From positions 1,408,001 to 1,472,000 of the forward strand of contig CAXVYR010000004.1 of assembly GCA_963666975.2 (NCBI GenBank): DNA of 64,000 bases, written 5' to 3'. Below are positions 1-10,635 of this stretch, piece after piece (the first letter of the stretch is position 1; the number at the start of each line of letters is the position of its first letter). The position numbers were made by a program, and so were the translations under genes. The DNA is from Terriglobia bacterium (lineage in GTDB: Bacteria; Acidobacteriota; Terriglobia; 2-12-FULL-54-10). Below the pieces are notes generated by a model. The model was not told the DNA's origin, searched no databases, and worked only from the letters and a program-made list of their open reading frames with translations.

Positions 1-849
1 GGTTGCGCCAAGATACAGAGCCAAGATTACGGCAAAAGAATATACGACATTTCCCAGGTAAACCGTGTACTGACGAATCCAAACAATTTCCATCGCCATG
101 GTGCAAAGGCCGGTGAGGAACAGGAGCCACAATGTGTTTCCCTCAGAGAAGTCATAGAGCTTCCTGGGGGCCCTCGCTTCGGCAATCGGAGTTGCCGCTT
201 CTGCCCCGGCGGATGAAAACCGCCCCCAACTGAGAGCAAAAACTGTAGCTGCCAGAACGCCATTCAGGGAACTGGCAACCCGCAGAGTTCCCTGAAATCC
301 CAACAGCTCAATCAGAAAAAAGGCTGGAATGACGGTGCCCAGAATGGCTCCCAGAACGTTCGCGAGATAGAGATAGCTGAACGATTGTTGGGATTTCCCG
401 TTACCGGATTTCCGAATTGCGGCCATGGCGAGCGGGAAAGTTGCGCCCATGCAGATGCACCAGGGAAGCAGCGAAAGAGCGACACAACCGCCTGACATGA
501 AATAATAGAACGAAGAGTCCCAGGCCATCTCACTCCCACCACCCTGCAGGAACTCGTAACCGAGGTGAAGCAGACGCGGAACCAGCAGGCCGGACACACC
601 GATGAACACCTCAATCAGGCCATAAAGACGCAGAGGAGTTTTTGCCCCACGGTGTTCGAGCCGTCTGGCAAGCGCTCCGCCGCCCCAGGAACCCAGTGCC
701 AAGCCGGCCATGAAGACGGAGAGCACGATCGAAACCATCGGCGTGGTCACGCCGAATTTCGCCATAGCGAGCCGGAGCCAGACGATCTCGTACACCAGGC
801 CGCAAAAACCCGACACCAGAAAGAACCCGAAGTACCAGAATACTTTCAC
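1..849 (-). CDS. Fused MFS-like/spermidine synthase family membrane protein, N-terminal part (runs off window start)
   Basis: Absent from the ORF track because it has no stop in the window. Manual translation from GTG 849 (GGAGG upstream) gives VKVFWYFGFFLVSGFCGLVYEIVWLRLAMAKFGVTTPMVSIVLSVFMAGLALGSW...CMGATFP...LYLANVLGAILG...TMAMEIVWIRQY, typical of this family; open to base 1. Confidence 0.85.
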   Translation of the reverse strand, partial: MKVFWYFGFFLVSGFCGLVYEIVWLRLAMAKFGVTTPMVSIVLSVFMAGLALGSWGGGALARRLEHRGAKTPLRLYGLIEVFIGVSGLLVPRLLHLGYEFLQGGGSEMAWDSSFYYFMSGGCVALSLLPWCICMGATFPLAMAAIRKSGNGKSQQSFSYLYLANVLGAILGTVIPAFFLIELLGFQGTLRVASSLNGVLAATVFALSWGRFSSAGAEAATPIAEARAPRKLYDFSEGNTLWLLFLTGLCTMAMEIVWIRQYTVYLGNVVYSFAVILALYLGAT

Positions 850-1348
850 CACCCCTCCCGACTCTGCCGTTCCACCAAAGCGTTGTATCCTCCTTGCCCG
901 AGCGCTTGCCAGCAGACCGCTGCCGTTAGCCCGGATTTCTCACGAGCCCCGCCGGGGCTACACTCTCAACGCCCCCTCCGGGGCTCGGAATCGCCCACAA
1001 CGCTCAGATCGCCACGTCCTTCTGGACGATCCATCAGGAGGCCTGGTGAGAAATCCAGGGTAGCGGTCCGGATGATTTGCATCCGGAAAAGTGGCAAAGA
1101 CCACCGCTCCGGCGTACGGTTCCCCTCAGGCGGCCGGGAAACCGGCAGAGGAGGTCATCTGTATTTTGCCGCGGATGGAAGGATAAGTTTAGGGATGCTC
1201 ACGAGCAAGAACGAGCAAGTCGGGCGGGGCTGGCAGGGAAACTACCGCGGGCGGCAACACGTCATGGAGCTTTCTGATGCTGATGAATTGACGCCGCTCA
1301 TTCCAGAAGGGCTGCTGAACTCCGTTCGCTGAAGGCTCTTGGGGAGTT

Positions 1349-1543
1349 CTATTCTCCTTCTTCCTCTTCCCCTTCTGCGCTGGCCGTTCGCAACTGCTCA
1401 AAGCAGGCGTGTGTCCTCTTGGCAGCCTCAATGGTCGCGTGCTGCGCGTCTTCCGCGACTTCCTGCCAACCTTTGGCTGCTACTTGGCCCCATATCAGCA
1501 TGCCCGCCAGTACGGTCATGGCAAGGTAATAAACAGTTCGCAT
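1349..1543 (-). CDS. Small hypothetical protein (64 aa) with N-terminal hydrophobic segment and acidic tail
   Basis: ATG with strong GAGAGGAG RBS; signal/TM-like N-terminus; ends EGEEEEGE. Confidence 0.6.
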   Translation of the reverse strand: MRTVYYLAMTVLAGMLIWGQVAAKGWQEVAEDAQHATIEAAKRTHACFEQLRTASAEGEEEEGE

Positions 1544-1846
1544 AGTGCTCCTCTCATCGAACTCTTAGTTCCGTACGCAGAATTTTTTGCCGGGTTCTGT
1601 ATCTGTTCCCTCATCCGAAAGCTCCTGCCGCCGTCCTGGTATCCGCTCCGCAGGATGCTTTCCTGCGATGGTAACAGAAATTCCTGGGATGTAGACTGCG
1701 TGAGCCTTTTCCTGCACGTTTGACGGGCGGAAGGCAAACACGGATTTTTGGGCCTGGCTCCGGGGCGATGCCGGAAGGTGGTACATTGGGATACCGTTTG
1801 TGGTTCCCCAGCGGTCGCCAGGCAGGATTGAATCGAGTGAGTGCCT

Positions 1847-3733
1847 ATGCTGGATTTACTCATCGTATCCGCGTTTATCCTCTACAGCATCAGCAACGGG
1901 TTTCGGAACCGGTCGAAAGCATCACGGAATCTTGAAGAATATTTTCTTGCAGGCCGCTCCATTCGGGGATGGCGCGCCGGCTTCAGCCTGGCAGCCACGC
2001 AGTTTGCCGCCGACACACCGCTGTTAGTTACGGGGCTGATCGCGACCGGCGGTATTTTTATGCTGTGGCGGCTGTGGATCTACGGCCTGGGATTCTTGAT
2101 GATCGGGTTTCTCCTCGGGCGGGGATGGCGCCGGGCCCGCGTGCTCACCGATGCGGAGCTTACCGAGCTTCGTTACAGCGGCCGGGGCGTCTTGATGTTA
2201 CGCGGGCTCAAGGCCATTTATTACGGCACGGTCATGAATTGCACCATCATGGCCATGGTGCTGGTGGCCGCCACCCGCATCTGCGAAGTTTTCCTGCCCT
2301 GGCATGAGTGGTTACCCGGCGCGTTCTACCGATGGATGTACAACCTGGTGGAGTGGGTTGGCGTTCCGCTGTCCTCCGGCGCCACGGGGCTGGAACCGTT
2401 TGTGGCGACGACGAACAACCTATTCAGCATTCTGCTCATTATTGCCTTCACCGCCCTCTATTCCACCACAGGCGGACTGCGGTCCGTCATTGCCACCGAC
2501 ACCGTCCAGTTCACGGTCGCCATGCTAGGCACGCTGCTCTACGCTGTGTTTGTTGTCATCCAGTCCGGAGGCATCGGTCAGATTGTGAACAGCCTCGTCG
2601 AGCATTACGGGGCAGCCCAGGCGAGCCGGTTCCTTTCCTTCACCCCGAATACATGGGAAGCATTCATGCCGTTTTTGGTGGTGATCAGCCTGCAATGGTT
2701 TTTCGAGCGCAACAGCGACGGCACCGGATACTTCGCCCAGCGAATGATGTCCTGCCGAAGCGACCGCGATGCAAGAATGGCGGCATTTATTTTTACGTGG
2801 CTGCAAATTTTGCTGCGAAGCCTCTTCTGGCTCGTGATCGGGGTCGGCTTGTTGGTCATCTATCCCTTCGATCCCGCTTCTGCCGGAGGGGAAACTTTTG
2901 TGGCCGGCAGGGAACTTTTGTTCGCAACGGGAATCCGGGATCTTCTTCCGGCAGGTGTAAGAGGCATTATGCTGACCGGATTGCTGGCCGCGCTGGCCTC
3001 GACCATCGATACTCACTTGACATGGGGAGCTAGTTACTGGAGCAACGACTTATACCTGCGGATTATCAATCGAGAATGGCTGCAACGGGAGCCCTCCACG
3101 CGAGAACAGGTAATGGTCGCCCGGCTGTCGAATGTTGTGATCCTCGTTACGGCCCTGGTCATCATGGCGAACCTGCAATCCATTCAGACGGCGTGGTACA
3201 TCACCCTCTTATTCGGAGCCGGAACGGGCGCCGTACTGGTGCTCCGATGGCTTTGGGAACGGATTAACCTCTACTCGGAAATCGCTGCGATCGGCGTGTC
3301 GGTCATCCTGGCGCCGGTCATTCTTTTCACCGTAGAGGCCGAATGGCTGCGGCTGTTGCTGATGTCATCCATTTCAACAGTGGTCGTGGTCACGGTAACC
3401 CTGCTGACGCGGCCCACGGAGGAAGCCGTTCTGGTGGAATTTTACAAACGCGTTGATCCGCCTGGTTTCTGGAAACGAACCGCCGCAAAGGCAGGCGCTG
3501 ATGCGCGGCGTCCGATGCAGGCATTCCGGTCGGGAGCCTATCTCACCGTCACCGTGAGTTTGTCAGTCTATCTATTGTTGGTTGGATTCGGGAAGCTCAT
3601 CCTGCCGAACCCCTCCAGCGCAATGGCCTATTCATGGCTTTACATATTGCTAGGCGTTGCCAGTGTGGCGTTGTGGTGGCAAAAATTGTTTCCATCGAGA
3701 ACTGCTGCAAATTCGGATACGGAACAAAGTTAA
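1847..3733 (+). CDS. Sodium:solute symporter (SSS family)
   Basis: EYFLAGRS, ATQFAADTPL, GGLRSVIATD, AQRMMSCRSDRDA and LAALASTIDTHL motifs; many TM helices. Start is ATG 1847 or GTG 1841. Confidence 0.92.
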   Translation: MLDLLIVSAFILYSISNGFRNRSKASRNLEEYFLAGRSIRGWRAGFSLAATQFAADTPLLVTGLIATGGIFMLWRLWIYGLGFLMIGFLLGRGWRRARVLTDAELTELRYSGRGVLMLRGLKAIYYGTVMNCTIMAMVLVAATRICEVFLPWHEWLPGAFYRWMYNLVEWVGVPLSSGATGLEPFVATTNNLFSILLIIAFTALYSTTGGLRSVIATDTVQFTVAMLGTLLYAVFVVIQSGGIGQIVNSLVEHYGAAQASRFLSFTPNTWEAFMPFLVVISLQWFFERNSDGTGYFAQRMMSCRSDRDARMAAFIFTWLQILLRSLFWLVIGVGLLVIYPFDPASAGGETFVAGRELLFATGIRDLLPAGVRGIMLTGLLAALASTIDTHLTWGASYWSNDLYLRIINREWLQREPSTREQVMVARLSNVVILVTALVIMANLQSIQTAWYITLLFGAGTGAVLVLRWLWERINLYSEIAAIGVSVILAPVILFTVEAEWLRLLLMSSISTVVVVTVTLLTRPTEEAVLVEFYKRVDPPGFWKRTAAKAGADARRPMQAFRSGAYLTVTVSLSVYLLLVGFGKLILPNPSSAMAYSWLYILLGVASVALWWQKLFPSRTAANSDTEQS

Positions 3734-4004
3734 AAGTCACCTTAGCTTTCTAAAGCTCGTTTCGCTTTGGCAGAACCGGCATGAAAACCGCCTTCCACAT
3801 CCAGCATTCACAAAACGGGCACGTCGCCAGTTTGGTATGGCAATTCCCGCAATGAAATCGTAAAATTAAATGGAAGGCACTTGCCAGGGACCATATGAAA
3901 ACCCATCGGGCGTGAATGACGCCCGGCGAAGTCATATAGGTTTTTGGTTCCCGTCCCGACCCTCACCATAACCACGCTCTCCCAGAGGTGCCTATTGAGG
4001 TTTA

Positions 4005-4083
4005 CATAATATAGTGACACTTAGATTCGCTGGGCGGCCTTCTATAGGGCTTTTGAAGCCTGTGGAAATGTCACTATATTATG
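4005..4083. repeat. Perfect 15-bp inverted repeat with XerD/dif-like arms
   Basis: CATAATATAGTGACA (4005-4019) and TGTCACTATATTATG (4069-4083); outer extensions read TTATGTAAACC and TTATGAAATGT. Confidence 0.75.
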
Positions 4084-4143
4084 AAATGTTCAATAATTAA
4101 AAAGCCGCTTTCCTGAAAGCGACCGGGTATCGGTGCGCTGACT

Positions 4144-4191
4144 ACAGAACGACTATTAAAGGTCGTCATGTTGACCGATAAGGCGTTAGAG
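4144..4191 (+). other. Short attC-like imperfect palindrome
   Basis: ACAGAAC...GTTAGAG ends around an imperfect stem (AACG/CGTT, TTA/TAA, GGTC/GACC); only 48 bp. Confidence 0.3.
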
Positions 4192-4383
4192 ACGATGGAG
4201 AGCGAGTATCAAAGGTGAGTAGGTCCCATGTCTGTTAGCTGAATTTCAACGGTTGATCGCGCACAGTTCATGCGCCGCCGCAGGGATGCATAGCTTCTGA
4301 GCATTGTTTGCGTTTCCCTGCAGCGTCCGGCAAGCACCTGGCTTGCTGGAAAAATTCCTCCCGAGCCGGGAGGCGGACGTACC

Positions 4384-7300
4384 ATGAGCACCCTCAGGCA
4401 AATCCAAGAGTTCGTATCGAAAAGACTCGCGTTTTTTGTCGCCATCGGTGTCGCATCCTTCTCCGTGGTCTTATGGCAGGCGCTGATCGCGCAGGAACAT
4501 GCTCAGATCAAACGGGCAGTCGAGCATCAAGCTTTCGTGCTGCAATCTCAGATCATCGAGCGGATTGAACCGAAGATCTTGGCGCTGGAACGCATGGCCA
4601 GGCGCTGGGAAATTCGGGGAGGAACGCCCCGCGAAGAGTGGGAAGCCGACGGAACGCGATTTATAGCAGATCAGACCGGTCAGCGAGTAATCATTTGGGT
4701 GGATTCTTCATACATTGTGCGGTGGGTTATTCCGTCGAGGGGAAGAAGCCCTTACACCGGCCGGAACCTTGCGAGGGAAGAGCGGCAACGGGTAGCACTC
4801 GAGGCAGCGCGGGAAACGCGAGAGGTCAAGGTGACGCTTGCCGACGATCCGTTCTCGGACGATCGGGGAATGCTAGTTTTCGTGCCGCTGTTCGTGGGTG
4901 AGCGTTTCGACGGGACTTTACAGGGTGTCTTTCACATTGCGGAATTGCTCGATCCGCTGTTGTCTGAACACGCTTCTCTTGGTTTCTCGATTTCCGTCGC
5001 AGATGACGAGAAGGATATTGCCAGCCGTACGACTAGCGACAGGCAGGAGTATCTGCAATGGCTCCAGGAGACCGAAGTTGAGATTCGCAACGTAACTTGG
5101 CACATTCAAGTCTGGCCGGGGCCGAAACTGGTCGCCGACATGCAATCTTCGCTTCCGGAAGTGGCCTTGGTGTCGGGGCTCCTGCTGGCTTTGCTGATGT
5201 CGCTCACGGTCCGCCTGGCTCGAACGGCAAGGATTCATGCGCAGGGGGTTGAAGAAACCAACCAGGAACTAGAGGGACAAATCACCGAGCGCAAACGGGC
5301 GGAGGAGGCACTGCGGAAGCTTCAAGCGCGGCTGCATCATCTGCTTTCCGCCAGTCCGGCGGTCATTCATAGCTGCAAACCCTCGGGCGATTTCGACACT
5401 ACTTTCATCAGCGAAAACGTCACTGCGCAGATGGGCTACCCGGCTCGGGCGTTCATTGAAGATTCGAGGTTCTGGGCTGACAGGATCCATCCGGAAGACG
5501 CGCCGCGTATATTCGGGAATATACCATCTCTATTTGAGCAGGGTCATCTTAGCCATGAGTACCGCTTTCGATGTCCAGACGGGACCTATCGGTGGATGAG
5601 TGACCAAATGATGCTAATCCGGGATGCCCTCGGCAAACCGTTAGAAATTGTCGGTTGCTGGATGGACATCACCGAGCACAAGCGGGCGGAGGAGACGTTG
5701 CGGGAGAGCCAAGCCAACCTTGCCGAGGCCCAGCGAATCGCCCGCGTGGGCAGTTGGAAGTGGGATATCCAGAATGATAAAGCTTCTTGCTCCGAAGAGT
5801 TCTACCGGATCTTTGGGCTCCGAAGAGTTCTACCGGATCTTTGGGCTCCCTCAGGAAGAATTTATCAACTATGAGCAATACATGCGCTGTGTCCATCTAG
5901 ACGATCGGGAAGCTTTGGGGAGAGATGTAGAAGCAGCCCTATCCAGCGGCGAACCCTTCGATAGACTCTATCGGATCGTTTTGCCCGATGGATCCGAACG
6001 GGTGATTCATTCCCGATCTGAGGTCACTCTGGATGAAACTGGAAAACCAATCCGTATGATCGGAACAGCGCAGGATATCTCCGCGCGTAGACGGGCCGAG
6101 GAGGCGTTGCAGTTTACGCAATTCGTCTCTGACCACAGCCCCGTCGCTGTTTACTGGATGGATTCGGAGGCACGGATTACCTACGTAAATGACGCGGCTA
6201 CCCGTGCAACGGGTTACTCCCGCGAGGAACTGCTTTCCATGTCAGTCCCCGACCTCAATCCGGACTATTCGCCGGAAACTTGGCCGGAGGTGTGGAAGAA
6301 GAGAAAGGAGCACGGTTCCCAAACTTTTGAAACCCACCACCGCGCCAAGGACGGAAGGATAGTTCCTGTAGAAGTCACCGCGTATTATCTGGAATTTCAA
6401 GGGAAGGAGTATAACTGTTCCTTGGTCCAGGACATCACCGAGCGAAAGCGGGCCGAGGAGGCGCTGCGGCAAAAAGAGGAGCAACTCCGCGAGACGCAGA
6501 AGCTGGAGGCTGTCGGCACTTTGGCGGGCGGGGTGGCGCACGAATTCAACAACTTGCTTACAGGCATCATTGGCTACAGCGAACTTCTGCTGAAGAAGAG
6601 CAAACGAGACCCTCTCCTCAGCAAACGGGTTGAGGAAATCAAAAAAGCGGGAGAAAAGGCCGCTTCCCTCACCAGCCAGCTGCTGGCCTTCAGCCGGAAG
6701 CAGGTTCTGCAACCTCAGGTCCTCGACCTGAACGAAATTGTGACTGAACTGAACGAGACGCTACGCGGCCTGATGGGCGAGGACATCGTGATGATGACCT
6801 CGCTCAGCCCGGGACTGGGCAGAACGAAAGCAGACGCAGACCAGATGAGGCAGATTATCCTGAGCCTGGCGAGCAACGCCCGTTCCGCCATGCCTCGGGG
6901 AGGCAAGTTCATCCTGGCGACGGAGAACGCGGAACTGAGCGAGGACGATGAGAGCGGTATCGCGGGCGCGCATGCTGTCCGCCACGTGCTGCTTACCGTG
7001 AGCGACACCGGCTCCGGGATGAATGCGGAAACTCTGTCCCACGTCTTTGAGCCCTTCTTCACCACTAAGGAGGTGGGCGCGGGAACCGGACTGGGATTGG
7101 CCAGCGTGTACGGGATTGTGCAGCAAAGCGGAGGCCGTATCCAGGTTTCCAGCGAACCGGGCCGCGGCACAAAATTCCAGATCTACATGCCGCGGGTCGA
7201 CAAGCCGGCTTCCCCGCCGAAACGAGCTGCCGCCCGCAAGCAGCGGTCCGGCGGTGCAAAAACCGTATTGCTGGTGGAAGACACAATCCAGGTGCGACAA

Positions 7301-7666
7301 ATGGTCCGCCTGTTCCTCCAACGGGCAGGATACACTGTCCTGGAAGCGTCCAATGGCTTCGAGGCCTTGCAGGTAGCAAAGCAAAGCAAACAGCCGATTC
7401 ACATGCTTTTGACGGATGTGATCATGCCGGAGATGAACGGGCCGGACCTGGCCGCGAGACTTGCGGAGGACCGCAAGAACCTCAAGGTGCTCTATATGTC
7501 TGGGTATTCCAATCACCCCGTGGTCCAAGAAAGCGTTTTGAAGTCGGGAGCTTCTTTTATTGCGAAGCCCTTCGCTCCAGAGGCCCTGCTGCAAAAAGTG
7601 CGCGAGGTGTTCGACACGCCGGCAAAGGTTGGTTCGCAACGGAAACCCCACAGGGTGCGAACCTGA
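4384..7666 (+). pseudogene. CHASE + multi-PAS hybrid histidine kinase/receiver, frameshifted by a 28-bp tandem duplication
   Basis: ORF 4384-5874 (TM-CHASE-TM-PAS) and ORF 5648-7666 (PAS, GGVAHEFNNLLT H-box, FEPFFTTK, GTGLGL, receiver LLTDVIMP) join in frame when one copy of the 5789-5844 duplication is removed. Confidence 0.88.
5789..5849. repeat. 28-bp perfect tandem duplication with GCTCC microhomology
   Basis: GCTCCGAAGAGTTCTACCGGATCTTTGG at 5789-5816 and 5817-5844, followed by GCTCC. Confidence 0.97.
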
Positions 7667-7938
7667 GGGCCACAAACCGGAGCCAGCAGGAAACGGAAAA
7701 CAAAGACAAAGACATTAGGGCCACTGTTACCCCGGAATTTTCCTCCTTGCTTTTTACCGCTCGGAATTCCTCCCGCTGAACCGAATCCAATTTCGCAGCC
7801 CTCGGCTGTGATGTAGACTCTTTATTCGCATGGGTGCGAATCCCATGCCGGCTGCCGGTTCGTGTGCGCTCCCAAGGGAAAACTGACCGGAACACAAGGA
7901 GAACGAAGGCGAACGGGAGAAGGCCGGGAGAAGGATGG

Positions 7939-9345
7939 ATGAGTTCAGGGCAGAGCTATGACGTGCTGGTCGCAGGCAGTGGGAATGCCGCGCTCTGTGC
8001 AGCCATCAGCGCCCGTCGCGGCGGGGCAAGCGTGCTGGTGTTGGAAGCCGCCCCAAAACATTTTCGAGGCGGCAACAGCAGGCATACGCGGAATCTGCGC
8101 TGCATGCATGAAGGCCCGTCCGGCGTGCTGACCGAATCCTACCCGGAATCCGAGTTCTGGGACGACCTCCTCCAGGTGACCGAAGGCCAGACGAACGAGC
8201 AACTGGCCCGCATGACGATCCGCCGGTCCGCCACCTGCCGGGAGTGGATGGCCGGGCACGGGGTCCGCTTCCAGCCGTCGCTCGGCGGCACGCTGCATCT
8301 TTCCCGCACGAACGCCTTCTTTCTCGGCGGCGGCAAGGCGCTGGTCAACGCCTACAGCCGCACGGCCGAGAGGCTGGGCGTGGAGATCGAATACGACGCG
8401 GAGGTGCGCGAGTTGAACATCCAAAACGGAAGTTTCACCTCCGCGGTGGTCGCGCGCAAGGGCGACTCCCCTGAGGTTCTAGCAGATGTTCATGCGAAGA
8501 CGCTCGTCGCTGCTGCGGGCGGCTTCCAGGCGAATATTGCATGGCTGAAGGAGGCTTGGGGCGAGGCCGCCGGCAACTTCCTGATTCGCGGCACTCCCTA
8601 TGACACCGGCACGATTCTGCGCCAACTAATCGTCCAGGGGGCAAAAACCGTGAGCAGCCCGTCCCAGTGCCATGCCGTGGCGATCGATGCGCGGTCGCCC
8701 CGGTTCGACGGCGGCATCGTCACCCGCGTGGACAGCGTTTCCCTCGGCATCGTAGTCAACAAACACGCGGCGCGCTTCTACGACGAGGGGGAAGACTTCT
8801 GGCCGAAGCGCTATGCGATCTGGGGCAGGCTCGTGGCGCAGCAGCCGGACCAGATTGCCTTCTCCATTTTTGACGCTCAATCGATCGGCGGGTTTGTGCC
8901 GCCGTTTTTCCCGCCGTTTCAGGCGAATTCGATCCGGGAGCTTGCCGTCGCGCTGGAGCTGGACCCATCCACTCTCGAAAGCACCGTCGCGGAGTTTAAT
9001 TCCTCCGTGCGGCCGGGCACGTTTAACCACGGAGTGCTCGACGATTGTGCAACGGAGAATCTGAAGATTCCCAAGACGCACTGGGCGCGCCGCCTGGATT
9101 CTCCGCCTTTTTACGCCTACCCGCTTCGTCCCGGAATCACGTTCACCTACCTTGGCGTTGCCGTAAACGAGCGGGCGCAGGTCATCTTGCAGGACGACAA
9201 ACCGGCGGAGAACATCTACGCGGCAGGAGAAATCATGGCGGGCAACATCCTGGGCAAAGGCTACCTGGCCGGGCTCGGGATGACCATAGGAACCATCTTC
9301 GGGCGAATCGCCGGCGAGGAGGCTGCGCGTTATGCCGTCCGCTAA
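7939..9345 (+). CDS. tcuA: FAD-dependent tricarballylate dehydrogenase
   Basis: GSGNAALCAA FAD motif, GGNSRHTRNLRCMH, LSRTNAFFLGGGKAL, FYDEGEDFWPKRYAIWG, GEIMAGNILGKGYLAG. Confidence 0.92.
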   Translation: MSSGQSYDVLVAGSGNAALCAAISARRGGASVLVLEAAPKHFRGGNSRHTRNLRCMHEGPSGVLTESYPESEFWDDLLQVTEGQTNEQLARMTIRRSATCREWMAGHGVRFQPSLGGTLHLSRTNAFFLGGGKALVNAYSRTAERLGVEIEYDAEVRELNIQNGSFTSAVVARKGDSPEVLADVHAKTLVAAAGGFQANIAWLKEAWGEAAGNFLIRGTPYDTGTILRQLIVQGAKTVSSPSQCHAVAIDARSPRFDGGIVTRVDSVSLGIVVNKHAARFYDEGEDFWPKRYAIWGRLVAQQPDQIAFSIFDAQSIGGFVPPFFPPFQANSIRELAVALELDPSTLESTVAEFNSSVRPGTFNHGVLDDCATENLKIPKTHWARRLDSPPFYAYPLRPGITFTYLGVAVNERAQVILQDDKPAENIYAAGEIMAGNILGKGYLAGLGMTIGTIFGRIAGEEAARYAVR

Positions 9346-10450
9346 AGCGCTTCCACCATCCATTCCATTGAAGCTGCTGCAAGAGGGCGAGCGGGCCATG
9401 CGGCTTTGCAACGCCTGCCGTTACTGCGAAGGGTTTTGCGCGGTCTTCCCCGCCATGGAGCGGCGGCTCGCGTTTGCCGAGCAAGACCTGAACTACTTGG
9501 CCAACCTTTGCCACGATTGCGGCGAGTGCTACTCCTCCTGCCAGTATGCGCCACCCCACGAGTTTGCGCTGAACCTTCCGCGCACGCTGGCCGAAATCAG
9601 GGCGGAAAGCTACCAGAAGTATGCATGGCCCGGTTTCCTCGCCGGCCTGTTCCGCCGGGGTGGCGTGGTGGTCAGCCTTTGCGCGGTAGCAGGCCCTCTC
9701 CTGTTTATTATCGCGATGCTTTTGTTTACCGAGCCATCCGTATTGTTCGCGCCCCACACCGTCGCCGAGGGTTCTTTCTACCGTGTGATGTCGCACAACG
9801 TCATGTCGCTGAGCTTCGGCGTCGTCGGCCTGTACGTCCTCGTAGCCCTTGGGATGGGATTCGCTGGCTTTTGGCGCGAGACGGGCGAGCGGTGGAGCGC
9901 GTTCCTAAGCCCTCGCGCCCTGGGACAGGCGGTTGCGGACACGTTGCGTCTACGCTATCTCGACGGGGGCGGCGAGGGCTGCGCCTATCCGGACGAGCTA
10001 CCCTCCCATGCACGGCGGTGGTTTCACCATCTGACGTTTTACGGGTTCTTGCTGTGCTTCGCGGCGACCACCGTCGCTGCCGTCTACCATAACTTTTTCG
10101 GCTGGGAAGCTCCTTACCCGTTGCTGAGCGCTCCGGTTGTTCTGGGATCGGCTGGCGGGGTGGGGTTGCTGATTGGGCCGGTGGGATTGCTCTGGCTCAA
10201 GGGCGCCCGCGATCCAAGCTTGAGCGACCGGCGGCAGACCGTTATGGATGTCGCCTTCCTGGCGCTTCTGTTTTTGACAAGTCTGACCGGCTTTTGGTTG
10301 CTGGCCTTGCGCGAGACGGCGGCTATGGGCGTAATGCTGGCGGTGCACCTGGGCATTGTGATGGCGCTGTTTCTTACGCTGCCCTACGGCAAGTTCGTGC
10401 ACGCCGTCTATCGCTTTGCCGCGCTGGTCCGAAACGCGCTGGAAAAGTGA
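9332..10450 (+). CDS. tcuB: Tricarballylate utilization 4Fe-4S membrane protein
   Basis: CNACRYCEGFCAVFP and CHDCGECYSSCQYAPPH ferredoxin motifs, HHLTFYGF, LPYGKFVH; overlaps the tcuA stop. Confidence 0.92.
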   Translation: MPSAKALPPSIPLKLLQEGERAMRLCNACRYCEGFCAVFPAMERRLAFAEQDLNYLANLCHDCGECYSSCQYAPPHEFALNLPRTLAEIRAESYQKYAWPGFLAGLFRRGGVVVSLCAVAGPLLFIIAMLLFTEPSVLFAPHTVAEGSFYRVMSHNVMSLSFGVVGLYVLVALGMGFAGFWRETGERWSAFLSPRALGQAVADTLRLRYLDGGGEGCAYPDELPSHARRWFHHLTFYGFLLCFAATTVAAVYHNFFGWEAPYPLLSAPVVLGSAGGVGLLIGPVGLLWLKGARDPSLSDRRQTVMDVAFLALLFLTSLTGFWLLALRETAAMGVMLAVHLGIVMALFLTLPYGKFVHAVYRFAALVRNALEK

Positions 10451-10485
10451 GCAGCGGGTAGCCAGGGCGAGCGTTGTTTTTCGCC

Positions 10486-10523
10486 GCGGGCTTTTCCCGA
10501 TTTCACGAACCCACGGCAAATTG
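10486..10523 (+). repeat. 38-bp imperfect direct repeat, copy 1 (copy 2 at 11431-11468)
   Basis: GCGGGCTTTTCCCGATTTCACGAACCCACGGCAAATTG vs GCGGGCTTTTCCCGAATTTACGACCCTACGGCGATTTG, 32/38 identical; each lies just downstream of a stop codon. Confidence 0.8.
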
Positions 10524-10635
10524 GAACTGTCAATTGGGGGTGGCTGCCCACTTCAACAATCAAGCGCTCCGAAGCATCTTGTCGTTCAGCTATAATTCTC
10601 ACTGTCGTTGCTGCTAGACCAGTTTCAGGGTTGAT

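Noticed and set aside
944-987. GAGCCCC...GGGGCT hairpins as a third REP family
   Set aside because: Only one short locus in the window; cannot be distinguished from a chance GC-rich hairpin.
565-1332. 255-aa plus-strand ORF
   Set aside because: Overlaps the real minus-strand membrane protein gene in antisense; no motifs.
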